This document shows, one piece after another, positions 15,196 to 28,600 of a stretch of 64,000 nt of DNA. Where the stretch lies: NCBI RefSeq assembly GCF_003334355.1, contig NZ_QOWP01000007.1; one strand, given 5' to 3'. The stretch comes from Escherichia coli (lineage in GTDB: Bacteria > Pseudomonadota > Gammaproteobacteria > Enterobacterales > Enterobacteriaceae). The translations under genes and the position numbers were made by a program. The stretch's first letter is position 1. Each line of letters begins with the position of its first letter. The notes beneath the pieces were generated by a model, which saw nothing but the letters and a program-made list of their open reading frames with translations, ran no database searches and was not told the DNA's origin.

Positions 15196-15751
15196 TCTTT
15201 ATACCTATTTATCATGCCAACTATCAGCATATATCAATCTAACCAATTAAACAAAAATCAAACAAAATCAGACAAATAACGCGATAAATTATTTTAACTG
15301 TAGCAATTGAGCGATGATATATTTATACACCGGATGAACTTTCACTTATCCTCACACTGACAACTTCGGCACCAGACGTTGCGCAAACAGCGAAGTTTTT
15401 GCGTAACCTTTTCCCTGGAACGTTAAATCTTTGATAACAATTTATTGTCTAACAAGTTGTATATTTTTTGAAACGCTGTTTTTGTTTTCCTTTTGGATTA
15501 ATTTCAGCGTATAATGCGCGCCAATTGACTCTTGAATGGTTTCAGCACTTTGGACTGTAGAACTCAACGACTCAAAAACAGGCACTCACGTTGGGCTGAG
15601 ACACAAGCACACATTCCTCTGCACGCTTTTTCGATGTCACCTATCCTTAGAGCGAGGCACCACCACTTTCGTAATACCGGATTCGCTTTCCGGCAGTGCG
15701 CCCAGAAAGCAAGTTTCTCCCATCCTTCTCAACTTAAAGACTAAGACTGTC

Positions 15752-17164
15752 ATGAAAAAGACCAAAATTGTTTGCACCATCGGACCGAAAACCGAATCTG
15801 AAGAGATGTTAGCTAAAATGCTGGACGCTGGCATGAACGTTATGCGTCTGAACTTCTCTCATGGTGACTATGCAGAACACGGTCAGCGCATTCAGAATCT
15901 GCGCAACGTGATGAGCAAAACTGGTAAAACCGCCGCTATCCTGCTTGATACCAAAGGTCCGGAAATCCGCACCATGAAACTGGAAGGCGGTAACGACGTT
16001 TCTCTGAAAGCTGGTCAGACCTTTACTTTCACTACTGATAAATCTGTTATCGGCAACAGCGAAATGGTTGCGGTAACGTATGAAGGTTTCACAACTGACC
16101 TGTCTGTTGGCAACACCGTACTGGTTGACGATGGTCTGATCGGTATGGAAGTTACTGCCATTGAAGGTAACAAAGTTATCTGTAAAGTGCTGAACAACGG
16201 CGACCTGGGCGAAAACAAAGGTGTGAACCTGCCTGGCGTTTCCATTGCTCTGCCAGCACTGGCTGAAAAAGACAAACAGGACCTGATCTTTGGTTGCGAA
16301 CAAGGCGTAGACTTTGTTGCTGCTTCCTTTATTCGTAAGCGTTCTGACGTTATCGAAATCCGTGAGCACCTGAAAGCGCACGGCGGCGAAAACATCCACA
16401 TCATCTCCAAAATCGAAAACCAGGAAGGCCTCAACAACTTCGACGAAATCCTCGAAGCCTCTGACGGCATCATGGTTGCGCGTGGCGACCTGGGTGTAGA
16501 AATCCCGGTAGAAGAAGTTATCTTCGCCCAGAAGATGATGATCGAAAAATGTATCCGTGCACGTAAAGTCGTTATCACTGCGACCCAGATGCTGGATTCC
16601 ATGATCAAAAACCCACGCCCGACTCGCGCAGAAGCCGGTGACGTTGCAAACGCCATCCTCGACGGTACTGACGCAGTGATGCTGTCTGGTGAATCCGCAA
16701 AAGGTAAATACCCGCTGGAAGCGGTTTCTATCATGGCGACCATCTGCGAACGTACCGACCGCGTGATGAACAGCCGTCTCGAGTTCAACAATGACAACCG
16801 TAAACTGCGCATTACCGAAGCGGTATGCCGTGGTGCCGTTGAAACTGCTGAAAAACTGGATGCTCCGCTGATCGTGGTTGCTACTCAGGGCGGTAAATCT
16901 GCTCGCGCAGTACGTAAATACTTCCCGGATGCCACCATCCTGGCACTGACCACCAACGAAAAAACGGCTCATCAGTTGGTACTGAGCAAAGGCGTTGTGC
17001 CGCAGCTGGTTAAAGAGATCACTTCTACTGATGATTTCTACCGTCTGGGTAAAGAACTGGCTCTGCAGAGCGGTCTGGCACACAAAGGTGACGTCGTAGT
17101 TATGGTTTCTGGTGCACTGGTACCGAGCGGCACTACTAACACCGCATCTGTTCACGTCCTGTAA
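15752..17164 (+). CDS. pykF: Pyruvate kinase I
   Basis: 470-aa product from [19 protein letters not shown]; ORF-track start 15536 is an in-frame upstream extension. Confidence 0.95.
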
Positions 17165-17194
17165 TATTGCTTTTGTGAATTAATTTGTATATCG

Positions 17195-17220
17195 AAGCGC
17201 CCTGATGGGCGCTTTTTTTA
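17195..17220 (+). terminator. Rho-independent terminator of pykF
   Basis: AAGCGCCC-tgat-GGGCGCTT hairpin followed by TTTTTTA. Confidence 0.8.
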
Positions 17221-17462
17221 TTTAATCGATAACCAGAAGCAATAAAAAATCAAATCGGATTTCACTATATAATCTCACTTTATCTAAGATGAATCCGATG
17301 GAAGCATCCTGTTTTCTCTCAATTTTTTTATCTAAAACCCAGCGTTCGATGCTTCTTTGAGCGAACGATCAAAAATAAGTGCCTTCCCATCAAAAAAATA
17401 TTCTCAACATAAAAAACTTTGTGTAATACTTGTAACGCTACATGGAGATTAACTCAATCTAG

Positions 17463-17711
<249 letters not shown>

Positions 17712-17726
17712 TAGTACCTGTGAAGT

Positions 17727-17759
17727 GAAAAATGGCGCACATTGTGCGCCATTTTTTTT
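17727..17759 (+). terminator. Rho-independent terminator of lpp
   Basis: AAAAATGGCGCAC-attg-TGCGCCATTTTTTTT. Confidence 0.85.
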
Positions 17760-17774
17760 GTCTGCCATTTACCG

Positions 17775-18779
17775 CTACTGCGTCGCGCGTAACATATTCC
17801 CTTGCTCTGGTTCACCATTCTGCGCTGACTCTACTGAAGGCGCATTGCTGGCTGTGGGAGTTGCTCCACTGCTCACCGCAACCGGATACCCTGCCCGACG
17901 ATACAACGCTTTATCGACTAACTTCTGATCTACAGCCTTATTGTCTTTAAATTGCGTAAAGCCTGCTGGCAGTGTGTATGGCATTGTCTGAACGTTCTGC
18001 TGTTCTTCTGCCGATAGTGGTCGATGTACTTCAACATAACGCATCCCGTTAGGCTCCACGGAATATTTCACCGGTTCGTTGATCACTTTCACCGGCGTTC
18101 CCGTCCGCACGCTGGAGAACAAGGCTTTAATATCCGGTGCATTCATGCGAATACACCCTGAACTGACGCGCAAACCGACGCTGTCCGGCGCACTGGTGCC
18201 ATGAATGAGGTATTCGCCATTACCATGCGCGAGGCGCAGTGCGTAACGTCCTAGTGGGTTATTTGGCCCGGCAGGGACGACTGGAGGTAATTTAATGCCA
18301 CGCTCCAGCGAACGCTGACGAATGCCTGCCGTAGGCGTCCAGGTTGGGTTAGGGATTTTCTGCCCCACACGCGTTTCCATCACCGGCGTTTCCAGCCCCT
18401 GCAAGCCAATACCTATCGGATAAACCTGCACGATATTTTCTCCCGGCGGATAATAATAAAGGCGCAGCTCTGCAAGGTTAACGATAATCCCCTGACGCGG
18501 CGCATCAGGTAATAACAGTTGCGAAGGAATAGTTATCGTCGTACCAGGTTTTGGCACCGGGGCGATAGTGTTATTGGCTTCAAGGATCAACATTGCCGCA
18601 GTATCAAAACGACGGGCAATAGCCTGAAGGTTTTTATCCCCTTCCTGCACCGTATACGTTTGATTTTGCCCAACCAGTCGGCTTCCGGTTGGTGGTAGCG
18701 GATAATCAACCGCCCAGGCAGCCTGGATGGCGCTAAAAGCGCCGATAAGCGTGAGTGTAAGCAAAGACGCGCGTTTCAT
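17775..18779 (-). CDS. ldtE: L,D-transpeptidase LdtE (YnhG)
   Basis: 334-aa ORF, signal peptide, catalytic HGxxxxxxxSxGCIR motif ([20 protein letters not shown]). Confidence 0.85.
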   Translation of the reverse strand: MKRASLLTLTLIGAFSAIQAAWAVDYPLPPTGSRLVGQNQTYTVQEGDKNLQAIARRFDTAAMLILEANNTIAPVPKPGTTITIPSQLLLPDAPRQGIIVNLAELRLYYYPPGENIVQVYPIGIGLQGLETPVMETRVGQKIPNPTWTPTAGIRQRSLERGIKLPPVVPAGPNNPLGRYALRLAHGNGEYLIHGTSAPDSVGLRVSSGCIRMNAPDIKALFSSVRTGTPVKVINEPVKYSVEPNGMRYVEVHRPLSAEEQQNVQTMPYTLPAGFTQFKDNKAVDQKLVDKALYRRAGYPVAVSSGATPTASNAPSVESAQNGEPEQGNMLRATQ

Positions 18780-18927
18780 TGTAAACCTCCTGTATTTGCC
18801 GGAGACTCACGCTGAAACGTCGGATGGCGCTTATGTTCACCTGAAACCGAAACACTCCTGTGCAGGTCAGTGTAAACATTGACCATCCGGCAATGTGAGC
18901 CAACCGGATGAAAGCTGTCCCTTTAGT

Positions 18928-19344
18928 TTAGCTAAGTGCAGCGGCTTTGGCGCGAATTGCGCGAATTATCGCTTCCAGACCTTGTGAACGAGATGGGGTG
19001 AGATGTTGGGTGAGCGCCATTTTTTCAAACCACGGACGCACATCGAAACTGACAATATCCTGCGGCGTCATCTGATCGTAGAGAATAAAGACGACCGCAA
19101 TAAGCCCTTTCACAATCGCCGCATCGCTGTCGCCCTGCAATTCAATAATTCCCTGCGCATTCTGGCGCATGACAATCCACACCTGACTCTGGCAGCCCTG
19201 AATGCTATTTTGTGGGCTTCGGTCTTCGTCGCGTAATTCTGGCAGACGCTGGCCCAGCTCAATAATGTAGAGATATTTCTCTTCCCAGTTGGCGCAGCGT
19301 AAAAAATTACGCAGCAATTTTTCTTTATCCGGCAATACAGCCAT
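18928..19344 (-). CDS. sufE: Sulfur acceptor SufE
   Basis: 138-aa ORF, recognised. Confidence 0.9.
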   Translation of the reverse strand: MAVLPDKEKLLRNFLRCANWEEKYLYIIELGQRLPELRDEDRSPQNSIQGCQSQVWIVMRQNAQGIIELQGDSDAAIVKGLIAVVFILYDQMTPQDIVSFDVRPWFEKMALTQHLTPSRSQGLEAIIRAIRAKAAALS

Positions 19345-19356
19345 AGTGCCTCCCTG

Positions 19357-20577
19357 TTATCCCAGCAGACGGTGAATACGTTGCAATCCGGTCACCAGAC
19401 GATCCACTTCTTCATGGGTGTTATACATGGCCAGCGACGCCCGACACATCGCAGAGACGTTGTAATAGGCCATCAATGGCATTGCGCAGTGATGTCCGGT
19501 ACGCACAGCAATGCCGTAATTATCGAGAAAACTGCCAACATCATAGGCGTGGTGTTTACCGAGATTAAAAGCAATAACGCCAAGCCTGTTTTGTGGGCCA
19601 TAGAGAGTGAGATCCGGTACAGATTCCAGCTGTGATAGCGCATAATGCATCAGATTCTGTTCATACTCGGCTATGTTATTAAGCCCCAGCGCCGAAACAT
19701 ACTCCAGCGCCGCGCCAAGACCAATGATGCCCCCGGTATTGGGTGTACCGGCTTCAAACCGCCATGGTGCTTTGGTCCAGGTAGTGCCTTCACTCAGGCT
19801 GACGGTGGCGATCATAGAACCGCCCCCTTCCCACGGCGGCATCTCCTGCAACAAGGCTTCTTTGACATAAAGAATGCCAATTCCGGTGGGGCCATACAGT
19901 TTATGCCCGGAGAACACGTAAAAGTCGCAATCCAGCGCCTGAACATCCACCAGATGATGCATCACCGCCTGAGCGCCATCCACCAGCACTTTTGCGCCAT
20001 GCTGGTGCGCAAGCGTGATCATTTCCGCCAGTGGATTTTCTGTGCCAAGCACGTTGGAGACATGAGTAATTGCCAGCAGGCGAGTTTTCTCATCAAACAG
20101 CGTAGGCAGCGTCTCCAGTTGCAACGTACCGTCGGGATTGAGCGGGATCACACGCAGCTCTGCGCCAACGCGTGCGCAAAGCATCTGCCAGGGAACAATG
20201 TTAGCGTGGTGCTCCATCTGACTTATGATGATGTTATCGCCCGCCCGCACGTTGCTGTTGCCCCAGCTATTGGCGACCAGATTGATCCCTTCCGTCGTGC
20301 CGCGGACGAACACCAGCTCTTCCGCCGAACGGGCGTTGATAAACAACGATGCCTGCTTGCGTACGTTCTCCATTTTCTCGGTCGCCTGGGCGCTTAAGGT
20401 ATGAATACCGCGATGCACCGCCGCGTAGCCGTGACGATAAAACTCGGCCTCGGCGTCAATCACCTGGCCCGGTTTCTGCGCACTGGCGGCGCTGTCGAGA
20501 TAAGCCAGCGGCAAACCGTTTACCTCACGAGAAAGCACCGGAAAGTCGGCCCGCACTTTGTCGACGGAAAAAGTCAT
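19357..20577 (-). CDS. sufS: Cysteine desulfurase SufS
   Basis: 406-aa PLP enzyme, recognised. Confidence 0.95.
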   Translation of the reverse strand: MTFSVDKVRADFPVLSREVNGLPLAYLDSAASAQKPGQVIDAEAEFYRHGYAAVHRGIHTLSAQATEKMENVRKQASLFINARSAEELVFVRGTTEGINLVANSWGNSNVRAGDNIIISQMEHHANIVPWQMLCARVGAELRVIPLNPDGTLQLETLPTLFDEKTRLLAITHVSNVLGTENPLAEMITLAHQHGAKVLVDGAQAVMHHLVDVQALDCDFYVFSGHKLYGPTGIGILYVKEALLQEMPPWEGGGSMIATVSLSEGTTWTKAPWRFEAGTPNTGGIIGLGAALEYVSALGLNNIAEYEQNLMHYALSQLESVPDLTLYGPQNRLGVIAFNLGKHHAYDVGSFLDNYGIAVRTGHHCAMPLMAYYNVSAMCRASLAMYNTHEEVDRLVTGLQRIHRLLG

Positions 20578-21845
20578 CTTACACCTCCTGGCAGTCGTTG
20601 ACCGATTCGGGCCAGCACCTGCTGTTTAAGCCCCTCATCACGCAGTGCTTCCGTCAGTTCAGCAGCAAAGGCGTAAATGATCATCTGCTGGGCATCCTGC
20701 TGATTGATCCCGCGCGAGCGCAGATAGAACATCTGTTCATCATCAATACGCCCCACCGTCGCGCCGTGGCTGCATTTCACATCATCTGCATAGATTTCCA
20801 GCTGCGGTTTCGTATCCACTTCCGCCAGTTTGCCCATCAGCAGATTATTGTTGGTCATCTGACCATCCGTTTTGATGGCGTGCTGCGCGACGTTGATCAA
20901 ACCGTTAAATACCGCGCGGCCTTTGTCGCTGACGATAGTTTTGTGCAACTGTCGGCTGTTACAAAAACCTTTATTGTGTTCCAGCCAGGTGCGGGTATCA
21001 CACACCTCGTTTTTCACCGGCATCGCCAGGCTATTGATCCGCAGCGTGCTGTTTTCGCCATTGAGTTGCGTACTGGTGTTGTGTCGTAACACTGCGCCAC
21101 CCAGCAGGAAACTATGGCTAAATGCGGTGGCATCGTCAGCCAGCAACAAATCGTTATGGGCAAAGTGGTGACTGACCGGGTTTTCAAACGCCAGCTTGAT
21201 ATGCTGCAAGTGGGCGTTCGCTGCGACATTGATAGTGAACCGTGCGCCGGTGAAGTGACGAGCATCATTAAGGCTGACAAAATGTTCGATCACCGTTGCT
21301 TCGGCACCTTCCGCCAGATCCAGATGATGTCGGTAATGGGCAGTGTTGACCTCTTCACCTGCCACGCCCTGGGTAATATGCATTAACAGCAATGGCTTTG
21401 CCGGCCGTTGACCGCGCTTCACGGCGATATGCGTCACGCTTTGTGCCAGGCTTTCCGTCAAATGCAGAAACACTTCCGCCTGAATAGCGTCGGGTACCCC
21501 CTGACGGTCGTCGTTAATGCTCACTTCATACCCGCTGCCTTCAGTCGCATCGCTCAGTGCTGACACGTAACGTCCATCGACAAAAACCAGCCGCACAGCG
21601 TCTAATGTTAACGCTAAGGCATCACGCTGCTGTGGGGATATCTCTCCCGCAATGCTGACAAACTGGCTATTGGTCAGCCCTTCCAGCGGCGTATATTTCC
21701 AGTTTTCATGTTTACGTGTCGGCAGTCCGGTACGCAGCAATTGTTGTAAATGCTGCTGTGCTTGCGGAGAGCGTTTCGCTCCGTCAGCTTCAAACAAGTG
21801 ATGCCACTGTTGCAGCGCGTTACTGCTGTTCGGTAAGCCAGCCAT
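20574..21845 (-). CDS. sufD: Fe-S cluster assembly protein SufD
   Basis: 423-aa ORF, overlaps sufS by 4 bp. Confidence 0.9.
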   Translation of the reverse strand: MAGLPNSSNALQQWHHLFEADGAKRSPQAQQHLQQLLRTGLPTRKHENWKYTPLEGLTNSQFVSIAGEISPQQRDALALTLDAVRLVFVDGRYVSALSDATEGSGYEVSINDDRQGVPDAIQAEVFLHLTESLAQSVTHIAVKRGQRPAKPLLLMHITQGVAGEEVNTAHYRHHLDLAEGAEATVIEHFVSLNDARHFTGARFTINVAANAHLQHIKLAFENPVSHHFAHNDLLLADDATAFSHSFLLGGAVLRHNTSTQLNGENSTLRINSLAMPVKNEVCDTRTWLEHNKGFCNSRQLHKTIVSDKGRAVFNGLINVAQHAIKTDGQMTNNNLLMGKLAEVDTKPQLEIYADDVKCSHGATVGRIDDEQMFYLRSRGINQQDAQQMIIYAFAAELTEALRDEGLKQQVLARIGQRLPGGVR

Positions 21846-22566
21846 AACCCTGCTCCTCCAGTTGTTTGACCAACGTGAAATCGCCGGATTTCACAATTCG
21901 TCCCTGATACAGCACATGGACGTAATCAGGCTTGATGTAGTCGAGAATGCGTTGGTAGTGCGTAACAATGATGAATGAACGCTTGCCGTCACGCAGCGAG
22001 TTCACGCCATCGGCAACCACTTTTAATGCGTCAATATCCAGCCCGGAGTCTGACTCATCAAGAATGCATAACTCCGGTTCCAGCACCGCCATTTGCAAAA
22101 TATCGTTGCGCTTTTTCTCGCCGCCGGAAAAACCAACGTTTACCGAACGGGTTAATAAATCTTCCGGCATCTTCAGGAGAGCGATTTTCTCTTCCATCAA
22201 ATCCTGAAAATCAAAGCGGTCGAGCGTTTCCTGGCCGCGATAGCTGCGCACCGCATTAAGTGCCGTTTGCAGGAAAAACTGGTTACTGACGCCGGGAATT
22301 TCCACCGGATACTGTAAGGCCATAAAGATGCCTTCGCCCGCGCGATCTTCCGGCGACAGCGCAAGCAAATCTTTGCCTTTGAACTCAACCGTGCCGCCCG
22401 TCACTTCATAATCTTCTCGCCCGGCAAGCGTTGCCGATAAGGTACTTTTGCCCGAACCGTTTGGCCCCATAATGGCGTGAACTTCGCCGGGATGAACGTC
22501 GAGGCTTAATCCGCGCAGGATAGCTTTATCTTCCACGCTGACGTGTAAATCTTTAATACTTAACAT
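21820..22566 (-). CDS. sufC: Fe-S cluster assembly ATPase SufC
   Basis: 248-aa ABC ATPase, Walker A GPNGSGKST. Confidence 0.95.
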   Translation of the reverse strand: MLSIKDLHVSVEDKAILRGLSLDVHPGEVHAIMGPNGSGKSTLSATLAGREDYEVTGGTVEFKGKDLLALSPEDRAGEGIFMALQYPVEIPGVSNQFFLQTALNAVRSYRGQETLDRFDFQDLMEEKIALLKMPEDLLTRSVNVGFSGGEKKRNDILQMAVLEPELCILDESDSGLDIDALKVVADGVNSLRDGKRSFIIVTHYQRILDYIKPDYVHVLYQGRIVKSGDFTLVKQLEEQGYGWLTEQQ

Positions 22567-22575
22567 GTTTATTCC

Positions 22576-24063
22576 TTATCCGACGCTGTGTTCAAGACTG
22601 ATGGCGAGGAGTTTTTGTGCTTCAACGGCAAATTCCAACGGCAGCTCCGAGAACACGTCTTTGCAGAAACCGTTAACAATCATCGAGATGGCGTCTTCTT
22701 CGCTGATCCCGCGTTGCAGGCAGTAAAACAGTTGATCTTCACCAATACGTGATGTCGTTGCCTCGTGTTCCAGTTGCGCACTATTGTTACGACACTCAAC
22801 ATACGGGAAGGTATGCGCCCCACAATTAGCGCCAATCAGCATTGAGTCGCACTGAGTGAAATTGCGCGCATTGGTTGCCGTCGGCATGATTTTCACTAAG
22901 CCGCGATAACTGTTCTGACTATGTCCGGCAGAGATCCCTTTCGAGATAATGGTCGATTTGGTGTTTTTACCGATGTGGATCATCTTGGTGCCGGTATCCG
23001 CTTGCTGATGACCGCTGGTCAGCGCCACTGAGTAAAACTCACCAATGGAGTTATCGCCGCGCAAAATGCAGCTGGGATATTTCCACGTAATCGCTGACCC
23101 GGTTTCTGATTGCGTCCATGACATTTTGCTGTTTTCGCCTTCGCACAAAGCACGCTTGGTGACGAAGTTGAGAATACCGCCGGTGTTGTTATCGCCAGGG
23201 AACCAGTTTTGTACCGTGGAATATTTCACCTCGGCGTTTTTATGGATGATGACTTCCACCACTGCCGCGTGTAACTGATAGCTGTCACGCACCGGAGCGG
23301 AACAGCCTTCAATGTAGCTGACGTAGCTGTCTTCGTCGGCCACCAGAATGGTGCGCTCAAACTGCCCGGTTTTTTCCGCGTTAATGCGAAAATAGGTGGA
23401 AAGTTCCATAGGGCAGCGCACACCTTTAGGCACATAAATAAACGTACCGTCAGAGGCTACCGCCGCATTAAGCGCGGCAAAGAAGTTGTCATTCCCCGGT
23501 ACCACGGTGCCGAGATATTTACGCACCAGTTCCGGGTGATCGTGGATCGCCTCACCAAAGGAACAGAAAATAATTCCCTGCTCCGCCAGTTTTTCACGAT
23601 AAGTGGTGGCAACCGAAACAGAGTCGAAAATGGCATCCACCGCCACCTCTTTGCCTTCCCGCACGGGAACGCCCAACTGCTCAAACGCCGCCTCCACCTC
23701 TTTACTTAAAAAGGCGTTCGCGCCAGTTTGCTGCACCGCGCCGGGTTCAGACGCGCAAGTGTCGTCACAATTACCGCACGATGGTGCTGAGTAGTAGCTG
23801 TAATCCTGATAATTCAGCTTGTCGTAGTGCGCTTTCAGCCAGTGCGGCTCTTCCATCTCCAGCCATGCGCGATAGGCATTGAGACGAAACTCCAGCATCC
23901 ACTCCGGCTCATTACGCTTCGCCGAAATTGCGCGCACCACCTCTTCGTTTATCCCCTTTGCCAGCTCATCGGTGGCTAACTGGGTGAAGAATCCTTCTTT
24001 ATAATTCAGCGGGCCGCCGGTCCAGGTTTTGACATCGTCAGTTGCTTCAGTATTACGAGACAT
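22576..24063 (-). CDS. sufB: Fe-S cluster scaffold SufB
   Basis: 495-aa product from [10 protein letters not shown]; ORF-track 24102 start is an extension. Confidence 0.9.
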   Translation of the reverse strand: MSRNTEATDDVKTWTGGPLNYKEGFFTQLATDELAKGINEEVVRAISAKRNEPEWMLEFRLNAYRAWLEMEEPHWLKAHYDKLNYQDYSYYSAPSCGNCDDTCASEPGAVQQTGANAFLSKEVEAAFEQLGVPVREGKEVAVDAIFDSVSVATTYREKLAEQGIIFCSFGEAIHDHPELVRKYLGTVVPGNDNFFAALNAAVASDGTFIYVPKGVRCPMELSTYFRINAEKTGQFERTILVADEDSYVSYIEGCSAPVRDSYQLHAAVVEVIIHKNAEVKYSTVQNWFPGDNNTGGILNFVTKRALCEGENSKMSWTQSETGSAITWKYPSCILRGDNSIGEFYSVALTSGHQQADTGTKMIHIGKNTKSTIISKGISAGHSQNSYRGLVKIMPTATNARNFTQCDSMLIGANCGAHTFPYVECRNNSAQLEHEATTSRIGEDQLFYCLQRGISEEDAISMIVNGFCKDVFSELPLEFAVEAQKLLAISLEHSVG

Positions 24064-24071
24064 AGTACCGC

Positions 24072-24440
24072 CTATACCCCAAAGCTTTCGCCACAGCCAC
24101 ATTCATTCTGGGCTTTAGGGTTGTGAAATTTGAATATCTGATTAAGTCCTTCACGAACGAAATCGACTTCCGTGCCATCAATAAACGGCATCGCTTGCAG
24201 CGGGACAAACAGCTTCGCGCCGTCGTGTTCAAACAGCAGATCGTCTTTGTCCGGCTCGCTAACACTGTCGAGCACATAGCCAAAGCCCGCGCAGCCCGTT
24301 TGCTTCACGCCTAAGCGCACGCCGACCATACCTGGCTGCTTTGCCACCAGCTCGCGGATGTGTATCGCCGCTGCGGGTGTCAACGTTAAGCCTTGCCAGG
24401 CGAAATCTTGTGGGTTAAAGGTTCCTGAATGCATGTCCAT
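24072..24440 (-). CDS. sufA: A-type Fe-S carrier SufA
   Basis: 122-aa ORF with C-terminal CGCGESF motif. Confidence 0.9.
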   Translation of the reverse strand: MDMHSGTFNPQDFAWQGLTLTPAAAIHIRELVAKQPGMVGVRLGVKQTGCAGFGYVLDSVSEPDKDDLLFEHDGAKLFVPLQAMPFIDGTEVDFVREGLNQIFKFHNPKAQNECGCGESFGV

Positions 24441-24485
24441 CGATTTACCTCACTTCATCGCTTTCAGCGTATAACAGCATGTTAG

Positions 24486-24504
24486 TGATAATGATTATCA
24501 GTTC
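24486..24504. promoter_or_regulatory. Fur-box-like sequence in suf promoter region
   Basis: TGATAATGATTATCAGTTC resembles the GATAATGATAATCATTATC consensus, about 50 bp upstream of sufA start. Confidence 0.4.
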
Positions 24505-24726
24505 AACCCAGCAAACGCAGGGGCTTTACCGTAAAACATGCTTTTTGCCTGCTTTTAATAAGCATAGACCCTGATGTGTGGGTTAACAGGCACGCTAAGA
24601 ATTAGGTATCTCATTGTTAGATAATGGTTATTATCTAAGGAGCATTAAGGCTGTGATGAAAAAGAAAAAGTTGTATTGAAAATGACTATTTAAGAGATAG
24701 GTAAAAAAGTGCAGCGTTCAGAAATA

Positions 24727-24797
24727 AGAAAACCCTTAAGTCTGTGCGACACAGGCTTAAGGGTTTCTACCCCATCCGGCGCTTATCTCCGGCACTC
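24727..24797 (-). ncRNA. rydB: Probable small RNA RydB (approximate bounds)
   Basis: Minus-strand hairpin CCCTTAAGcctgtgtcgcacagaCTTAAGGG followed by a U-tract at the expected sufA-ydiH intergenic position; 5' end not determinable by eye. Confidence 0.4.
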
Positions 24798-24987
24798 TCA
24801 GTGGCTTAGCTCTTGAAGGGGCGATAAGAATAATCTCATAAAGCTAACCCGCCGTTTTAACACAAACTGCGATTAGTATTATTTTTGAACAATATCAGGC
24901 GGTAGATAAGCAGTATTAAGAAGGTCATCGAACCTGGACGGAGGTTAATCCAGGTCGATTTGGCGAACTTGCGGCATTAAGTCAGGA

Positions 24988-25176
24988 TCAATGCACGCCC
25001 AGACGCCAGGCAAAGTAGATTTCTTCTTTTAATTCAGCAGAAGAGAGAGTAAGCAGGTCAGCAAATTCAAGTTCTAGTTGTTTCAGACGTTTGAGATATT
25101 GGGCAGGTGAAAGATTGCTCTGGTCACGGCGTAAAAATTCAATGGCCAGCTGGGTGGGATCAAGTTGAGTAGACAT
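24988..25176 (-). CDS. ydiH: Small protein YdiH
   Basis: 62-aa product from MSTQLDPTQL with GAGGA RBS; ORF-track start 25257 is an extension. Confidence 0.6.
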   Translation of the reverse strand: MSTQLDPTQLAIEFLRRDQSNLSPAQYLKRLKQLELEFADLLTLSSAELKEEIYFAWRLGVH

Positions 25177-25275
25177 AGCATCCTCGCTTTTAGACAAGAC
25201 CTGCACAGTATACCACCGTTTACTGTGCAGATAATGACCAAAAGCAATATGCGTCACACTTTTCTGGTGACAACG

Positions 25276-25686
25276 TCACAAAATGGCGGTCGTCAATCGT
25301 GACGAACAGCACAAACGCCCTTTCTCATCGAAGATTTCAATCTGCCAGACCTGGTGACGCGAACCGAGATGCAACGGTTTGCATACGCCGCGCACCCGCC
25401 CTTCTCGTGCCGAGCGGACGTGGTTAGCATTGATTTCCAGACCAACCACTTTTTGCTCACCTTCGGTACATAAATAACCGGCAACGGAACCGATACTTTC
25501 GGCCAGTACCACGGATGCTCCTCCATGCAGCAACCCGAAAGGCTGCTTTGTCCGCGAGTCTACTGGCATTGTCGCTTCAAGGGTGTCATCACCAATATGT
25601 TCAAAGCGAATATCCAGGAACCCCACCATGTTTCCTTCACCCATAGCATTCAGTGCTTCCAGGGTGATTTTCCGTTTCCATATCAT
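25276..25686 (-). CDS. menI: 1,4-dihydroxy-2-naphthoyl-CoA hydrolase (hotdog thioesterase)
   Basis: 136-aa hotdog-fold ORF, position between ydiH and ydiJ. Confidence 0.85.
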   Translation of the reverse strand: MIWKRKITLEALNAMGEGNMVGFLDIRFEHIGDDTLEATMPVDSRTKQPFGLLHGGASVVLAESIGSVAGYLCTEGEQKVVGLEINANHVRSAREGRVRGVCKPLHLGSRHQVWQIEIFDEKGRLCCSSRLTTAIL

Positions 25687-28600
25687 TTAATAATCTCCAG
25701 TAAAGCCTGCACAGGATGGCGTACCCCCGTGCCTTCAACCCGTTTTACCTGGCTACGGCAGGAATATCCGGTCGCCAGACAGCGGTTACGCGGCAGTCGC
25801 TGCATAGCCTGATGCCAGGATAACTCATAGATCCCGAGCGAATTTTCATGGTTTTTCGCTTCATGTCCGTAAGTCCCTGCCATGCCGCAGCAACCCACGC
25901 TGACATTTTCCAGTTTCGCGCCAAAACGGGCAAATATCGCGGCCCATTGTGCTGGCGCACCCGGCAAGGCGGTAACTTCGGTACAGTGACCAAAGAAATA
26001 CCATGATTCACCGCTGACTGTAGCCACTGGCTGTGACTCAAGTGCGCTTGCCAGCCATTCATTCGCCAGTAAGACGTTAAACTCGCCACGTTCCTCGCCC
26101 AGTGCCAGTTTATATTCATCGCGATAACAAAGTACCAGCGCCGGATCGACGCCTACCATTGGCATACCCAGCTTCGCCATACGGTTGAGGAAATCCGCCG
26201 TCTTTTTCGCCGTCTTCGCAAAACGATTAAGAAAGCCTTTGATATGCTGGGCTTTGCCATTTGGTGAAAATGGCAGTAACACAGGCTGGAAACCTAATTT
26301 TTCGACCAGACGGACAAAATCCGCCACCACTTGCGCATCGTAATAGCTGGTAAAGGGGTCCTGCACCACCAACACCGTGCGCGCTTTCTGCTCTGCATTG
26401 AGAGCTTCAAGCTGTTCCAGCGTCATGTTTGCCGAGCGATGCCCCACCATTTGTTGTTGTAGCGAGGGGACCGACAGCAGTGGCAAATCAACCATGCCGA
26501 TATGTTTTTCCGAGAGTTTGCGCACCAGCGGCTGGTTAATGAAGAAGTTAAAGGTTTTCGGCGCACGTGCCATCAGCGGCGCGTAGCTCTCGACCGTAGC
26601 GACGAGGTGGTCGCGCAGCGGACGTAAATAACGGGTGTGATAGAGCTGCAGAAAACGAGAGCGAAACTCCGGCACATCAATTTTGATGGGGCACTGGGTC
26701 GAACACGCTTTACAGGCCAGACAGCCCGACATCGCCTCTTTGACTTCGTGTGAGAAGTCATATTCGCCTTTATTCGCATGCCAGCTATTGCGCGTGCGGG
26801 CAATTAACGTCCGCAAACTGACGCCGGATTCAGGCAGTTCTTGTTCCAGTTTGAGTGGATCAACGCCGCGATCCGCCAACAAACGCAGCCATTCACGCAC
26901 CAGCGTTGCGCGCCCTTTCGGTGAATGAATCCGGTTCTGGGTGATCTTCATCGACGGACACATCGGACTACGGGCATCAAAGTTGAAGCATAAACCGTTG
27001 CCGTTACACTCCATCGCACCGCGCCACTGCTGGCGTACCGCAATGGGGATCTGCCGATCGAATGTACCGCGCTTCACCGCGTCCACTTTCATCATCGGCG
27101 CATCGAGACCTTCTGGCGGGCAAATCTTCCCTGGGTTGAGTCGGTTATGCGGGTCAAATGCCGCTTTCACTTTGCGCAGTTCTGCAAAAAGTTCCTCACC
27201 GAAAAACGCCGGGCTGTATTCAGCGCGAAAACCTTTGCCGTGCTCGCCCCACAACAAACCACCATATTTCGCAGTCAGCGCCACCACGTCATCAGAGATT
27301 TGCTTCATCAAAATCTCTTGTTGCGGATCGCACATATCCAGTGCCGGACGGACGTGCAAGACACCTGCGTCGACGTGACCGAACATACCGTAGCTTAAGC
27401 CGTGGCTGTCGAGCAGCGCGCGAAATTCAGCAATATAATCGGCCAGATGTTCCGGCGGTACGCAGGTATCCTCAGCAAACGGAATTGGCTTAGCGGCACC
27501 TTTGGCATTGCCAAGCAGACCAACGGCTTTTTTGCGCATTGCATAGATACGTTCAACCCCCGCCAGCTCACGGCACATCTGCCAGCCGATGACACCTGCT
27601 TGATGACTGGCGATCAGCTCATCCAACCGCACACAGAGTGCATTTACCCGCTCGTCAATCAGCGCCTCATCATCACCAGCAAATTCCACAATGTTCAGCC
27701 CAAGCATCTCTTTGTCAGGCACATCGGTAATCAACTCGCTGACGGAATGCCAGACAATATCTTCCCGCGCTAGATTCAGCACTTTTGAGTCCACCGTCTC
27801 TACCGAAAGCGCCCGCGCCTCAACCATAAACGGCGCGTTACGCAGCGCTGAGTCAAAAGAGTCATATTTGACATTCACCAGACGGCGCACTTTAGGCAAG
27901 GGCGTAATATCCAGCCGCGCTTCGGTAATAAAGGCCAGCGTCCCTTCTGAACCCGTCAGAATGCGCGTCAGGTCGAACTCGGTCATCTCATCGTTAAAGA
28001 CATGACGCAGATCGTAACCGGTAAGAAAGCGGTTAAGTTTGGGGAAGTTGTCGATGATTAACTGGCGTTGCTGACGGCAACGTTGATAAACCGTGTTATA
28101 AATTCGCCCGATTGTGGTATTGGATTTACCCAGCGTTTCCGCCAGCTCGACGGGTAAAGGTTGCGTATCGAGAATATCGCCCCCCAACAACACCGCGCGT
28201 ACGCCAAGTACGTGATCTGACGTTTTGCCATAGACCAGCGATCCCTGACCAGAAGCATCGGTATTGATCATCCCACCGAGCGTTGCCCGGTTGCTGGTCG
28301 AAAGTTCCGGCGCAAAAAAGTAGCCGAACGGTTTCAGGTACTGATTGAGTTGATCTTTTATCACCCCGGCCTCAACGCGCACCCAGCCCTCTTCAGGGTT
28401 AATTTCGATGATGCGGTTCATATGGCGGGACATATCAACAATAATCCCCTGGTTGAGCGCCTGACCGTTAGTGCCGGTGCCGCCGCCGCGGGGGGTAAAG
28501 ATCAGCGATGAATAGCGTTCCTGCGCGGCAAGACGGGCGATCAGCGCCACATCTGCGGTTGAACGCGGAAATACCACCGCATCGGGGAGAAGTTGGTAAA

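Noticed and set aside
15536-15751. ORF-track N-terminal extension of pykF (and similar extensions on ydhX, ydhV, sufB, ydiH, ydiL, ydiN, ydiQ, fadK, aroH, ydiE, pheS, rpmI)
   Set aside because: The extended frames lack RBSs and run through promoter/leader DNA; internal Met codons with Shine-Dalgarno sequences give the expected protein lengths.
15809-17155. 448-aa and 265-aa minus-strand ORFs overlapping pykF
   Set aside because: They lie antisense to a highly conserved, codon-biased glycolytic gene, have low-complexity translations and no RBS; typical shadow ORFs.
19645-21089. 250-aa and 246-aa plus-strand ORFs
   Set aside because: Antisense to sufS and sufD; Arg/His-rich translations typical of GC-rich antisense frames.
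24655-24681. Tiny ORF MKKKKLY with upstream AAGGAG in the suf promoter region
   Set aside because: Seven codons in an AT-rich regulatory region; no support beyond chance.
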